From NCBI GenBank assembly GCA_035260785.1, contig DATFUO010000007.1:1-38612 (forward strand): DNA of 38,612 nucleotides, written 5' to 3'. Position numbers and translations under genes: made by a program. Below the pieces are notes generated by a model. That model saw only the letters and a list, made by a program, of their open reading frames with translations. It did not search any database and had not been told where the DNA came from. Origin of the DNA: Burkholderiales bacterium. Lineage in GTDB: Bacteria > Pseudomonadota > Gammaproteobacteria > Burkholderiales > JACQAP01. Below are positions 1 to 8,301 of this stretch, one piece after another. Each line of letters starts with the position of its first letter. Position 1 is the first letter of the stretch.

Positions 1-30
1 CCGCCGATGCAACGTTTTGACCGTCGAATC

Positions 31-70
31 GGTTTCCTCCTGCCTTTCCTCTGCGTCCTCCGCGTCCTCA
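31..70. repeat. Pyrimidine-rich tract (one CTTTCCT, two CGTCCTC), possibly a partial copy of the heptamer repeat family
   Basis: The sequence ggtttcctcctgcctttcctctgcgtcctccgcgtcctc lies just downstream of the TRAP permease stop. It resembles the pyrimidine arm of the elements at 29094-29197 and 36562-36688. The window edge may truncate it. Confidence 0.3.
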
Positions 71-97
71 GCGGTGAGAGCTATTCCTTAATCCGAA

Positions 98-1972
98 TCA
101 GCGGAAACCGAAGCGCGCCGGCAACCAGAGCGAAAACGCCGGCACGAACACGAGCACCAGGAGTGCCACGAACAGCACCGCGAGATATTTCGCCATCGGC
201 CGCACCACGTCCTTCAACTCGGTGCCGGTGATCGAGCAGGTCGCGAACAACCCCAGCCCGACCGGCGGGGAAAACAATCCCAGTCCCATCGCCACCACCA
301 TGACGGTCCCGAAATGCAGCGGCGAGACGCCGAGTTGCAGCGCAATCGGGGTCAGCAGCGGACCAAAAATGATCAGCGCCGGTGCGCCCTCGAGGATCGC
401 ACCGAATGCAATCATCAGCAGGGTCGAGGCGAGGACGAAGCCGTCCGCGCCGAAACGATGGCCCAGTTCCATCATGAATCCGGACAACTGCTGCGGGATC
501 TGCTGGATGGTGAGCGCGAAGGACACGCTCGATGCCGCCGCGACGATGAATAGAATGCTCCCGGCCATCGAGGCCGAGCGCACGAACAGGTCCAGCACGC
601 TGCGCAAGGTCAGCTCGCGGAACGCCAGCCCGCCCACCAGCAGCGCGTAAACGACCGCGAAGGCGGAAACCTCGGTCGAGGTTGCAACGCCAGACGTGAC
701 CCCTTTTCCGATCATCGCGATCATGACCAGGCCGACCAGCGCCCCGCCGATCAGCGGCACCAGGGCTCTGCGCTTTTCGAATGCAGCATCGGGATCGATG
801 CGCGAACCGAACGCATAGACGACCAGCGCCAGAGACAGCGCCATGAAGGCCGCGGGCACCAGCCCGGCAATGAACAAGCCGCCGATGGAAATGTTGGCGA
901 CGAACCCCATGATGATCATGTTGATGCAGGGCGGGATGGTCTCCGCCATGACGGCCGAGGCAGCCAGCAGCCCCGCAGCATCGTTCGGGTCCTGCCTGGT
1001 GCGGCGTACCGCGGGCATGATGATGCCGCCGACGGCCGCGACGTCGGCCAGCTTCGACCCGGACACGCCGGAGAAAAACGCAGTCGCGGTGATGATGATC
1101 AGGTTCAAGCCGCCGCGCACGCGCCCGAACATGCGCAACAACAGCTCGATCAGCCGAGACGACATGCCGTTCGCCTCCATCAGCAGGCCGGCCAGCACGA
1201 AAAAGGGGATCGCCAGCAACACGAAATGATCCATGCCCGACAGCACCTGCTGTGAGTACACCAGCATCGGCAGGGACGGATCGGCCAGGAAGTAAAGCAA
1301 GGCAGAAAACGCCAGCGCGAATGCGATCGGCAGACCGGCGACGATGCTCAGCACGAAGCCGATGGCAAGCAACATTACGGGGGTGATCGCCTGCGCGGGC
1401 ATTGCGGCATTCCACGCCCAGACCGCAGTCGCCAGCGCTGCCGCCACGGCCAGCGTACCGCAGACGGTTCTGCCGGGGCCGTCAAACGCGCTGGCCATGC
1501 CGAACAGCAGCATGAGCGCGGCTCCGATCACGACCGGGCCGATATAGATCCATTGCGGCAGGCCGATCGGCGTGGTCTGTCCGCGCGAATCGGAAAACAG
1601 GGCGCAGGAAGACATCAACAGCGCGATCGCCACCACGACGATGATCCAGTGGCAGAGTTGAATCAGCACCACCCGCCAGCGGGCGGGGAACAAATTACGG
1701 AAGCTGTCGATCCCGACATGCTGGACCCGGGCCAGCGTCGTCGCCGCACCGAGGAAGACCTGCATGCCCATCAGGGCGCGCGCGATTTCTTCCGCCCAAT
1801 CCACCGGGTCGTGCAGGAAATAGCGCCAGATGACCGAACACAACACCACCAGCACGTCCGTCGCCAACACGAGCGCCGCAAAAATCTCCGTCGCGGCCAG
1901 CAGCCGGCCCAGGGCATGATGTGCGGTGCGTGGCCTGGCGAACTGCAAGACGTAGGCGGCTTTGTGTTTCAT
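98..1972 (-). CDS. TRAP transporter fused small/large permease (DctQ-DctM fusion)
   Basis: 624-aa ORF with ATG at 1972. An N-terminal ~170 aa with four hydrophobic helices (DctQ-like) is fused to a polytopic DctM-like module (LLAIPFFVLAGLLME, GLGLFSPPVGLGLF). It starts 27 nt downstream of the DctP-type gene. Confidence 0.9.
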   Translation of the reverse strand: MKHKAAYVLQFARPRTAHHALGRLLAATEIFAALVLATDVLVVLCSVIWRYFLHDPVDWAEEIARALMGMQVFLGAATTLARVQHVGIDSFRNLFPARWRVVLIQLCHWIIVVVAIALLMSSCALFSDSRGQTTPIGLPQWIYIGPVVIGAALMLLFGMASAFDGPGRTVCGTLAVAAALATAVWAWNAAMPAQAITPVMLLAIGFVLSIVAGLPIAFALAFSALLYFLADPSLPMLVYSQQVLSGMDHFVLLAIPFFVLAGLLMEANGMSSRLIELLLRMFGRVRGGLNLIIITATAFFSGVSGSKLADVAAVGGIIMPAVRRTRQDPNDAAGLLAASAVMAETIPPCINMIIMGFVANISIGGLFIAGLVPAAFMALSLALVVYAFGSRIDPDAAFEKRRALVPLIGGALVGLVMIAMIGKGVTSGVATSTEVSAFAVVYALLVGGLAFRELTLRSVLDLFVRSASMAGSILFIVAAASSVSFALTIQQIPQQLSGFMMELGHRFGADGFVLASTLLMIAFGAILEGAPALIIFGPLLTPIALQLGVSPLHFGTVMVVAMGLGLFSPPVGLGLFATCSITGTELKDVVRPMAKYLAVLFVALLVLVFVPAFSLWLPARFGFR

Positions 1973-1999
1973 GCTTCGCCCGGGCGTGCGCCTGTTGAC

Positions 2000-3028
2000 C
2001 TAACGCGCGGCCGCGATCGCTTTGAACAGGGATTTGGTGGGCGGATACTGGTCTGCAAACGCAGGCCAGAGCTGCGATTCCATCTGCTTGCGCAATGCGT
2101 CGCGCTCTGCCTTGGCCATGGGGTGGAAAGCGATACCGAGCTTCTTCAACTCCTCGAACGCCGCGCGGCCCTTCTCCGCCGCCTGTGCACGTTGATACAG
2201 GCTCGCCTCCTGCGCTGCCTGAAGGAAGGCCACGCGAACGTCCGCAGGGATCCTGTCGAGGCCGCGCTTGCCGATCACCGCGACCATGGGCGGGAACAGG
2301 TGCTCGGTCAGGAAGCAGTGCCGCGTCACCTCGTAGAGTTTGGTGGCGAGCACGGTCGACGCATCGTGCTCGAAGCCGTCGACGACACCCGTCTGCACGG
2401 CGGTATACAGCTCATTGAACGGGATCGGTGTTGGCACCGCGCCCATCAGCTTGAAGGTGTCGATGAATGCGCTGGTCGGCAATACGCGCAGCTTCACGCC
2501 TTTGAGCTCCGCCAGCGACAGGACCGGCGCCTTGGTATAGACGCTGCGCGCCGCGAAATGCGATCCCCACCCCATGATCGTGCAGCCGGTACGGCCGCGC
2601 AGGATTTCCGCAAGGCTCGCCCCTACGCCGCTATCGAGCGCCCTGGCCATGTGCGCGTAGCTGTCGAACACATAGCCCAGGTCCAGCATGCCGAACTCCG
2701 GTGCGACGGTGGCCCAGATCGAAGAACCGGTCAACATGATGTCGATCGATCCGACCTTGACCTGCTGCACCACATCGGCTTCCTTGCCAAGCTGGCTGTT
2801 CGGAAAAAAATCGGCCGCGATTCTGGTGCCCATCGCGGATTTCAAACTGGCGGCGAAACGCTGGTACCAGATGTAATGCGCGGAATTCTGGTCGGCGGTA
2901 AGCGACGAGGAGACGCGCAACGCGATCGTGTTCTGCGCCCGCACACGCAAGGGAACACCGGCGCAGACGAACGCGGTCGATGCGGAAGCGGCCGCGAGAA
3001 AGCGGCGGCGCGATCTTGATGTGGTCAT
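2000..3028 (-). CDS. TRAP transporter substrate-binding protein (DctP family) with Tat-type signal
   Basis: 342 aa. The N-terminus SRRRFLAAASASTAF looks like a twin-arginine signal. A DctP-like body follows. There is a strong RBS (GGAGGAAAAGAC before the ATG at 3028). It is the first gene of an operon with the permease. Confidence 0.9.
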   Translation of the reverse strand: MTTSRSRRRFLAAASASTAFVCAGVPLRVRAQNTIALRVSSSLTADQNSAHYIWYQRFAASLKSAMGTRIAADFFPNSQLGKEADVVQQVKVGSIDIMLTGSSIWATVAPEFGMLDLGYVFDSYAHMARALDSGVGASLAEILRGRTGCTIMGWGSHFAARSVYTKAPVLSLAELKGVKLRVLPTSAFIDTFKLMGAVPTPIPFNELYTAVQTGVVDGFEHDASTVLATKLYEVTRHCFLTEHLFPPMVAVIGKRGLDRIPADVRVAFLQAAQEASLYQRAQAAEKGRAAFEELKKLGIAFHPMAKAERDALRKQMESQLWPAFADQYPPTKSLFKAIAAAR

Positions 3029-3103
3029 GTCTTTTCCTCCATTGTGGATTGCCCCTGGCCCCGGTCACCACCAGTTCATTGCTTTCGCGCACGTCACCGG
3101 ACA

Positions 3104-4360
3104 CTATGCTCCAGCCACGGCCCTTCTCTGTCTCCTGCTTCTGCTCAGCAGCAGCACTGCGATGGCCATGTTCACGAGGTTCCACGCGATGCCATTGAGG
3201 AACGCCATCCGGTACGAACCCGCCAAGTCGAATATCACCCCTGACATCCAGCCGCCCAGCGCCATGCCCACCATCGTTGCCGTAATCACGATGCCGATGC
3301 GCGCGCCGGCCTCTTTCGGAGAGAAGTACTCGCGGATGATCATCGCGTAAGACGGCACGATGCCCCCCTGGAACAGGCCGAACAAGGCCGAGATCACGTA
3401 TAGCGACGCGAGCCCGTCGAACGGCAGGAACAGTATTAGCGCGAAGCACTGCATGCCCGATCCGATCATCAGCGTGCGCAATCCGCCGATGCGGTCGGAG
3501 ATCCAGCCGAAGATAAGGCGGCTGACGATGCCGCATCCGAGCAGAAGCGACAGCATCTGTGCCCCGCGCGCGGCACCATAACCGAGATCCGAGCAGTAGG
3601 CGACCAGATGCACCTGCGGCATGGACATCGCAACACAGCAGCCTACGCCCGCGATGATCAGCAGGTTCTGCAAGGCCAGCGGCGACAGTCCCAGCGGACG
3701 GCTGCGCATGGCCGAGTCACGCGCCGACAGGGATGTGGAATCATGGACCGCCGGCGCCCGCCGGCGCAGGGCGAGCACCAGCGGCAGCATGGTGGCGGCG
3801 CAGAAGATCGAGATGCCGAAAAAAGTCTGCCGCCATCCGCTCGTCTCGATGAAATGCTGAACGATCGATGGCCACAGGGTGCCGGCGAGGTAGTTTCCGC
3901 TGGCGATGATGGCCACGGCGATACCGCGCCTGCGGACGAACCAGTGCGACATATCGGCAAGCAAAGGTGAGAAAGTCGCCGAACTGCCGAAACCGATGAG
4001 CAGTCCGTGGGCGATCGAGTATTGCCAGAGCGTCGAAGCCGACGCGGCCGCGGCATACCCGAGCGTGAGACAGAGGATCCCGACGATGAGCGGCGGCAGG
4101 ATTCCGAAACGATCCGTCATGCGGCCCAGAACAATGCCGCCGACGCCGAAGCCCAACATTGTCAGCGTGTAGGGAAGCGAAGCATCCGCGCGCGCAACCC
4201 CGAACTCGGCCTGCACCGCCGGCAGCGCCACGACCACCGACCACATGCCGACGCCGCCGATGGTCGACAGCATCAGCGCCAGCACCAGCCGTGTCCACGC
4301 ATAAGGGGAATCCACCCCGCCGTGCATCACGTCGTTGTTATTTTGTTGTTCGCTCCTCAC
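3104..4360 (-). CDS. MFS transporter
   Basis: 418 aa with about 12 hydrophobic segments. An MFS loop 2-3 motif is present (GRMTDRFG). The longest ORF starts with GTG at 4360. An alternative ATG at 4327 exists, and neither has a clear RBS. Confidence 0.85.
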   Translation of the reverse strand: MRSEQQNNNDVMHGGVDSPYAWTRLVLALMLSTIGGVGMWSVVVALPAVQAEFGVARADASLPYTLTMLGFGVGGIVLGRMTDRFGILPPLIVGILCLTLGYAAAASASTLWQYSIAHGLLIGFGSSATFSPLLADMSHWFVRRRGIAVAIIASGNYLAGTLWPSIVQHFIETSGWRQTFFGISIFCAATMLPLVLALRRRAPAVHDSTSLSARDSAMRSRPLGLSPLALQNLLIIAGVGCCVAMSMPQVHLVAYCSDLGYGAARGAQMLSLLLGCGIVSRLIFGWISDRIGGLRTLMIGSGMQCFALILFLPFDGLASLYVISALFGLFQGGIVPSYAMIIREYFSPKEAGARIGIVITATMVGMALGGWMSGVIFDLAGSYRMAFLNGIAWNLVNMAIAVLLLSRSRRQRRAVAGA

Positions 4361-4390
4361 CGGGCGGGATTGTGCCTGAAATGCAGATGA

Positions 4391-4479
4391 AGCGAGAGGC
4401 GAGAGGAAAGAGAAAAGGTTAAACGGAAAATCCCAATGCCGGAGAGCGAATCGCGGTCAATCTCGACTCTCGCCTCGGT
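4391..4479. repeat. Degenerate copy of the palindromic AGGAAAG-heptamer element
   Basis: It shares gaggcgagaggaaagag...aaaggttaaa(c/g)gg with the element at 36562-36688. There is a 10-bp inverted repeat: GAGGCGAGAG (4396-4405) and CTCTCGCCTC (4467-4476). Confidence 0.6.
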
Positions 4480-4619
4480 CACCTGGTTTCTGACACTACG
4501 TTACAAAATTCAATCAACCGGCCCCCTTCCAATGCGTTAAAGCCCACAGCAGTATTCGAGTCTGCACTCAAGCCAGGAGGGATAAGTTCATAAAAAAGAT
4601 ATCGATAGCCGTCGCATCC

Positions 4620-5093
4620 GTGCTGGCGGTTACCCAGGTCAACGCTCACGCATTCGAGGCAACAGCCAACGTAGTCGGGGTCGCGCCGATTACGGAACAG
4701 GTAAATCACCCGACGCAGCAGTGCTGGACCGAAACGCAGCAGGTGACCCAGGCTGCGCCGCAGCAACGCAACTATCTCGGCGCCATCATCGGCGGTGTCG
4801 CAGGCGGATTGCTGGGCGCCCAGGTCGGCCGCGGCAACGGCCGGATAGCAGGCGCCGCAGTCGGTGCCGGCGTGGGCGCCGTCGCCGGCGACGCAGTCGC
4901 CAACCAGAACAACGCCAACGCCACGGTCACAACCACGGCGCCGGTGCAGCGCTGCCGCCAGGTGGACAACTTTCAGGCCGTTACTACCGGCTATATGGTG
5001 ACATACGAATACGGCGGCCAGCGCTTCTCGTCCCGGCTGCCGTACGACCCGGGCAACCAGTTGCGGGTGAACGTCGCCGTGACCCCGCGCTGA
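4620..5093 (+). CDS. Glycine-zipper 2TM domain envelope protein; the true start is probably upstream near 4590
   Basis: A Gly-zipper stretch (GAIIGGVAGGLLGAQVGRGNGRIAGAAVGAGVGAVAG) is followed by a small beta-rich C-terminus. The ORF caller starts at GTG 4620. The in-frame upstream codons complete a signal peptide (see findings). Confidence 0.8.
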   Translation: MLAVTQVNAHAFEATANVVGVAPITEQVNHPTQQCWTETQQVTQAAPQQRNYLGAIIGGVAGGLLGAQVGRGNGRIAGAAVGAGVGAVAGDAVANQNNANATVTTTAPVQRCRQVDNFQAVTTGYMVTYEYGGQRFSSRLPYDPGNQLRVNVAVTPR

Positions 5094-5114
5094 GCAACAT
5101 CACAGGAGCCAGTC

Positions 5115-5960
5115 ATGTCCTCCAACCAAACCGCGTCATCCACTCGAGCATTCAGTGTACGGGCTGCAATCGCAGCCTTGCTTGCGCTGTCGTGCGTGGC
5201 GGGAATCCCTCGTCCCGTCCACGCCGACGAGCGCGGCTATCGCGAGCGTGAATATCGAGCGCATGAATTCCGCGAGCACGAATTCCGCCGCGAGGAATTC
5301 CGCGATTCGCGCTACCACCATGATCATTATTATCCGCCGATTGGGCACCAGTTCGGCATGCTGCCACCGCACCCGCACCTGCTAGTGCACGGCGGACAAC
5401 AATTCTATTTCTCCGGTGGCATCTGGTATCGGACGGTGCGCAATGCTTACGTCGTGGTGCGCCCGCCATTTGGTGTCATGGTTCCGTTTCTGCCGTCGTT
5501 TTATACCCGGGTCTGGGTGGGACCCTATCCGTACTATTACGCCAATGACGTCTACTATGCGCCTGGTCCGCAGGGTTACACCGTGGTCGCGCCGCCAGCG
5601 GGCACGATTGCGATGGCACCGCCGCCGGGAACGCCGGTTTCCCCCGACAACGCGGTTACTGAACTGGGTCCGGTCGCTAATGGCGTTCAACAAATCGCCC
5701 CCGTGCCGGGCGCGAGCGCCCCGCCTTCCATACCCGCGGTTTCGCCCGCGACGGTGGCGCAAGCCAGCGGCAACCAGTTGTTCATTTACCCCCGCCAGGG
5801 GCAGAACGCCGACCAGCAAAACCGCGATCGCGGCGAATGCAACAGTTGGGCGGTGAGCCAGACCGGTTACGATCCTGCGAATGCCGGCGGACAAATGGAT
5901 CCGGACTATATGAGGGCGATCGGCGCGTGCCTGGAAGGACGCGGCTATACGGTGAAGTGA
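5115..5960 (+). CDS. Secreted hypothetical protein with Tyr/Pro-rich repeats and a conserved Cys-containing C-terminal module
   Basis: 281 aa. RBS AGGAG lies at 5103-5107. The signal peptide ends PVHA|DE. A charged His/Arg/Glu segment (EREYRAHEFREHEFRREEFRD) is followed by YY/PP-rich repeats (FYFSGGIWYR, YYYANDVYYAP) that resemble DUF6515-type proteins. The C-terminus is ECNSWAV..GYDP...ACLEGRGYTVK. Confidence 0.8.
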   Translation: MSSNQTASSTRAFSVRAAIAALLALSCVAGIPRPVHADERGYREREYRAHEFREHEFRREEFRDSRYHHDHYYPPIGHQFGMLPPHPHLLVHGGQQFYFSGGIWYRTVRNAYVVVRPPFGVMVPFLPSFYTRVWVGPYPYYYANDVYYAPGPQGYTVVAPPAGTIAMAPPPGTPVSPDNAVTELGPVANGVQQIAPVPGASAPPSIPAVSPATVAQASGNQLFIYPRQGQNADQQNRDRGECNSWAVSQTGYDPANAGGQMDPDYMRAIGACLEGRGYTVK

Positions 5961-5991
5961 CGCCGGCAACACAAGGCATTTGCAAAGATAG

Positions 5992-6021
5992 AAAGGCCCG
6001 CGTTGCGGGCCTTTGCTTTTT
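5992..6021 (+). terminator. Rho-independent terminator
   Basis: Stem GGCCCGC (5995-6001), loop GTT, stem GCGGGCC (6005-6011), then TTTGCTTTTT. It lies 32 nt after the stop at 5960. Confidence 0.8.
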
Positions 6022-6138
6022 GCCAAGCCCGAAGTGCGGGACCGGCACGGCTCGGGGATAATACGCGGCGAATGCAGCAGCGCTGGCGCCAAAGGGGTCC
6101 TTATCCGGCGTTCGTCACGATCCTCAGGGGGAAGAACC

Positions 6139-6909
6139 ATGAAGCTCGAAGGAGCAGTTTGCATCGTCACCGGCTCGGCTACCGGCACCGGCGCAGCTTG
6201 TGCGATTCAGCTCGCAGGCAAGGGCTGCAGCGTCGTCGTCAACTACACCAAGAGCGAACAGGACGCGAGGCAAACCGTGGACGCCTGCAAATCCGCCGGC
6301 ACGGAAGCGATCATGATCAAAGGCGACGTAGGCCAGGACGCCGACTGCCGCGCACTCGCCAGGGGCGCGCTCGACAAGTGGGGGCGCATCGATGCGTTGA
6401 TCAACAACGCCGGCATTACCAAATTCGCCGCTGCCAGCGATCTTGACGGCCTCGACGCGGCAGATTTCCAGCGCATCTATGCGGTAAATGTCATCGGCCC
6501 CTATCAGATGATCCGCGCCTGCGTGCCTGCGATGAAAAAACAAGGCAAAGGCGCGATCGTGAACATCTCCTCCATATCCGGCGTCATGGGCATTGGGTCA
6601 TCGACCGCCTATGTCGCCTCCAAGGGCGCGCTGAATGCGATGACGCTTGCGCTGGCTCGTTCCCTCGCGCCGGAAATTCGAGTCAATGCGGTTTGTCCGG
6701 GCCTGATCGAAACGCGCTGGCATCTCGAACGATTCAGCAAAGAGGAATACGCCAGATTCAAGTCCAATTACGAGAAGACCGTGCCGCTGGCAAAGGCCGC
6801 AAGTCCCGGCGACGTGGCCGAGGTCGCGCTCTGGCTGATCGAGGGCGCCGACCTGGTCACCGGCGAGTCGATCCTCGTGGACGCGGGCTTGCACCTGGGC
6901 AAGTTCTGA
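6139..6909 (+). CDS. SDR family oxidoreductase
   Basis: Motifs TGSATGTG (Rossmann), NNAG, and S...YVASK (catalytic Y-x-x-x-K). The ATG at 6139 removes a spurious Arg/Ser-rich N-terminal extension of the 6013 ORF. Confidence 0.9.
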   Translation: MKLEGAVCIVTGSATGTGAACAIQLAGKGCSVVVNYTKSEQDARQTVDACKSAGTEAIMIKGDVGQDADCRALARGALDKWGRIDALINNAGITKFAAASDLDGLDAADFQRIYAVNVIGPYQMIRACVPAMKKQGKGAIVNISSISGVMGIGSSTAYVASKGALNAMTLALARSLAPEIRVNAVCPGLIETRWHLERFSKEEYARFKSNYEKTVPLAKAASPGDVAEVALWLIEGADLVTGESILVDAGLHLGKF

Positions 6910-7134
6910 CGGGAATTTGGCCAGATCGCCGTCTTCTGCCGCAATCCCGGTCCGCGACTTATCACCAAAGTTATAGCCCTTGCCCCGAATGCGGAATGGC
7001 GGTGCCCACGGATTGTTGAGAGTATTGCGTCCGGAAGAACGCCTGCTTCCGGGCTTCGCACAAGAATCAACCGTGACGGCCCTGTTCCATAACTGCCGGC
7101 AGGCAACGGTAGACCAATGACTAAGGAGATTTGC

Positions 7135-7530
7135 ATGCGTATATTGATTCCCGCGCTGGCCGCAGCCAGCATTCTGATGCTGTCGCTGCCGAGCTACTCG
7201 GCCGACGACGTCAAGTCAGGTGGCCCCTCGACCAAACCGGCCCGTGCGCTCGACGACAGCGCAGTCAAGTCGGGTGGTGCCTCGAACAAACCGGCCCGTG
7301 CAATCGATGACGGTTCCGTGAAATCAGCCGGCGCTTCGGACAAGCCGGGCCGTGCGCTCGACGACGGTGCAGTGAAGTCGGGCGGCGCCTCGAACAAACC
7401 GGCCCGCGCGGTCGACGACGGTTCCGTGAAATCCGGCGGCGCCTCGACCAAACCGGCTCGTGCCGTGGACAGCGAAAAGAAGGCCGCCAAGAAGAAAAAG
7501 AAGGCACCGGCAGCCAAGCCAGCGCAGTAA
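7135..7530 (+). CDS. Small secreted tandem-repeat protein with Lys-rich tail
   Basis: RBS AAGGAG lies at 7122-7127. The signal peptide is MRILIPALAAASILMLSLPSYSA. Five 18-aa repeats follow (VKSGGAS(N/T)KPARAxDDG(S/A)). The tail is KKAAKKKKKAPAAKPAQ. Confidence 0.75.
   Translation: MRILIPALAAASILMLSLPSYSADDVKSGGPSTKPARALDDSAVKSGGASNKPARAIDDGSVKSAGASDKPGRALDDGAVKSGGASNKPARAVDDGSVKSGGASTKPARAVDSEKKAAKKKKKAPAAKPAQ
7210..7479 (+). repeat. Five tandem 54-bp coding repeats
   Basis: The 18-codon unit recurs five times head to tail inside the 7135-7530 CDS. Copies differ mainly at synonymous or conservative positions. Confidence 0.85.
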
Positions 7531-7571
7531 CTGAACCCGCATATCAATCCGGTTCAGGCAGGCAAACAAGG

Positions 7572-7601
7572 GAAGGCAGGGCGACCTGCCTTCTTTTTTT
7601 T
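7572..7601 (+). terminator. Rho-independent terminator
   Basis: Stem GAAGGCAGG (7572-7580), loop GCGA, stem CCTGCCTTC (7585-7593), then T8. Confidence 0.85.
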
Positions 7602-7674
7602 GGGTCCCCACCGGCGGCCCGGCCGGTACAGGATCGCGTTATCGGCCCTGCGCGTCTGTGCTCAGAACATTGAC

Positions 7675-8301
7675 TTACCTTTGCAGCAACCCCTTGCGGC
7701 GCGCTTCTTTGACCGCCTGAGTGCGGTTGCTCGCGCCGAGGCGCCGGAACAAATCCTTCAAATGTTGCTTGATGGTCCCTTCCGTGACCCCCAGCGTATC
7801 CGCGATCAGTTTGTTGGGCATGCCTTCGGCCAGCAACGGAAGAATCTCCTGCTGTCGGGTGGTCAGGGGCGACGCTTTGTCGCCGTCGGCCACGGAAAGG
7901 GGAGCCGGTATAAACAGCGAGTCGGGCAGGTAGATTTCGCCCTGCAGAATGCGGCGCAGGGCCTCCATCAGTTGCTCGCTGCCGGCAAGCTTCGGAATGT
8001 AACCGCGCGCGCCGCCGTCGATGAGCGTGCGGATGATGCGCGCGTCGTTGACGCCTGAAACGATCACGATCGGCAGATCCGGGTAACGCCTGCGTATGGC
8101 GTGGAAGCCTTCGAGTCCGTTCATGCCCGGCATCTCCAGATCGAGCAGCAGCAGGTCGACCGGCGACTCCAGCGCAAGCTTGTCCAGCGTCGAGCGCAGA
8201 TTGCCGGCCTCGAGCGGCACGACCTGGGCATCGAGCAGCCTGAGAAAAAATCCCAGCCCCTCGCGGAACATGGAATGGTCGTCGGCGTGAAGGATTTTCA
8301 T
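7675..8301 (-). CDS. LuxR/NarL-family response regulator (REC + LuxR HTH)
   Basis: 208 aa. The receiver has acceptor context LLLLDLEMPGMNG. The C-terminus is LTTRQQEILPLLAEGMPNKLIADTLGVTEGTIKQHL. Its ATG overlaps the upstream kinase stop as ATGA (8298-8301). Confidence 0.92.
   Translation of the reverse strand: MKILHADDHSMFREGLGFFLRLLDAQVVPLEAGNLRSTLDKLALESPVDLLLLDLEMPGMNGLEGFHAIRRRYPDLPIVIVSGVNDARIIRTLIDGGARGYIPKLAGSEQLMEALRRILQGEIYLPDSLFIPAPLSVADGDKASPLTTRQQEILPLLAEGMPNKLIADTLGVTEGTIKQHLKDLFRRLGASNRTQAVKEARRKGLLQR

Noticed and set aside
81-1415. 444-aa minus-strand ORF and the 1553-3019 plus-strand ORF overlapping the TRAP genes
   Set aside because: Both are alternative-frame or antisense shadows of the DctQM and DctP genes. 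Their composition is Arg/Gly/His-rich and they show no domain signatures.
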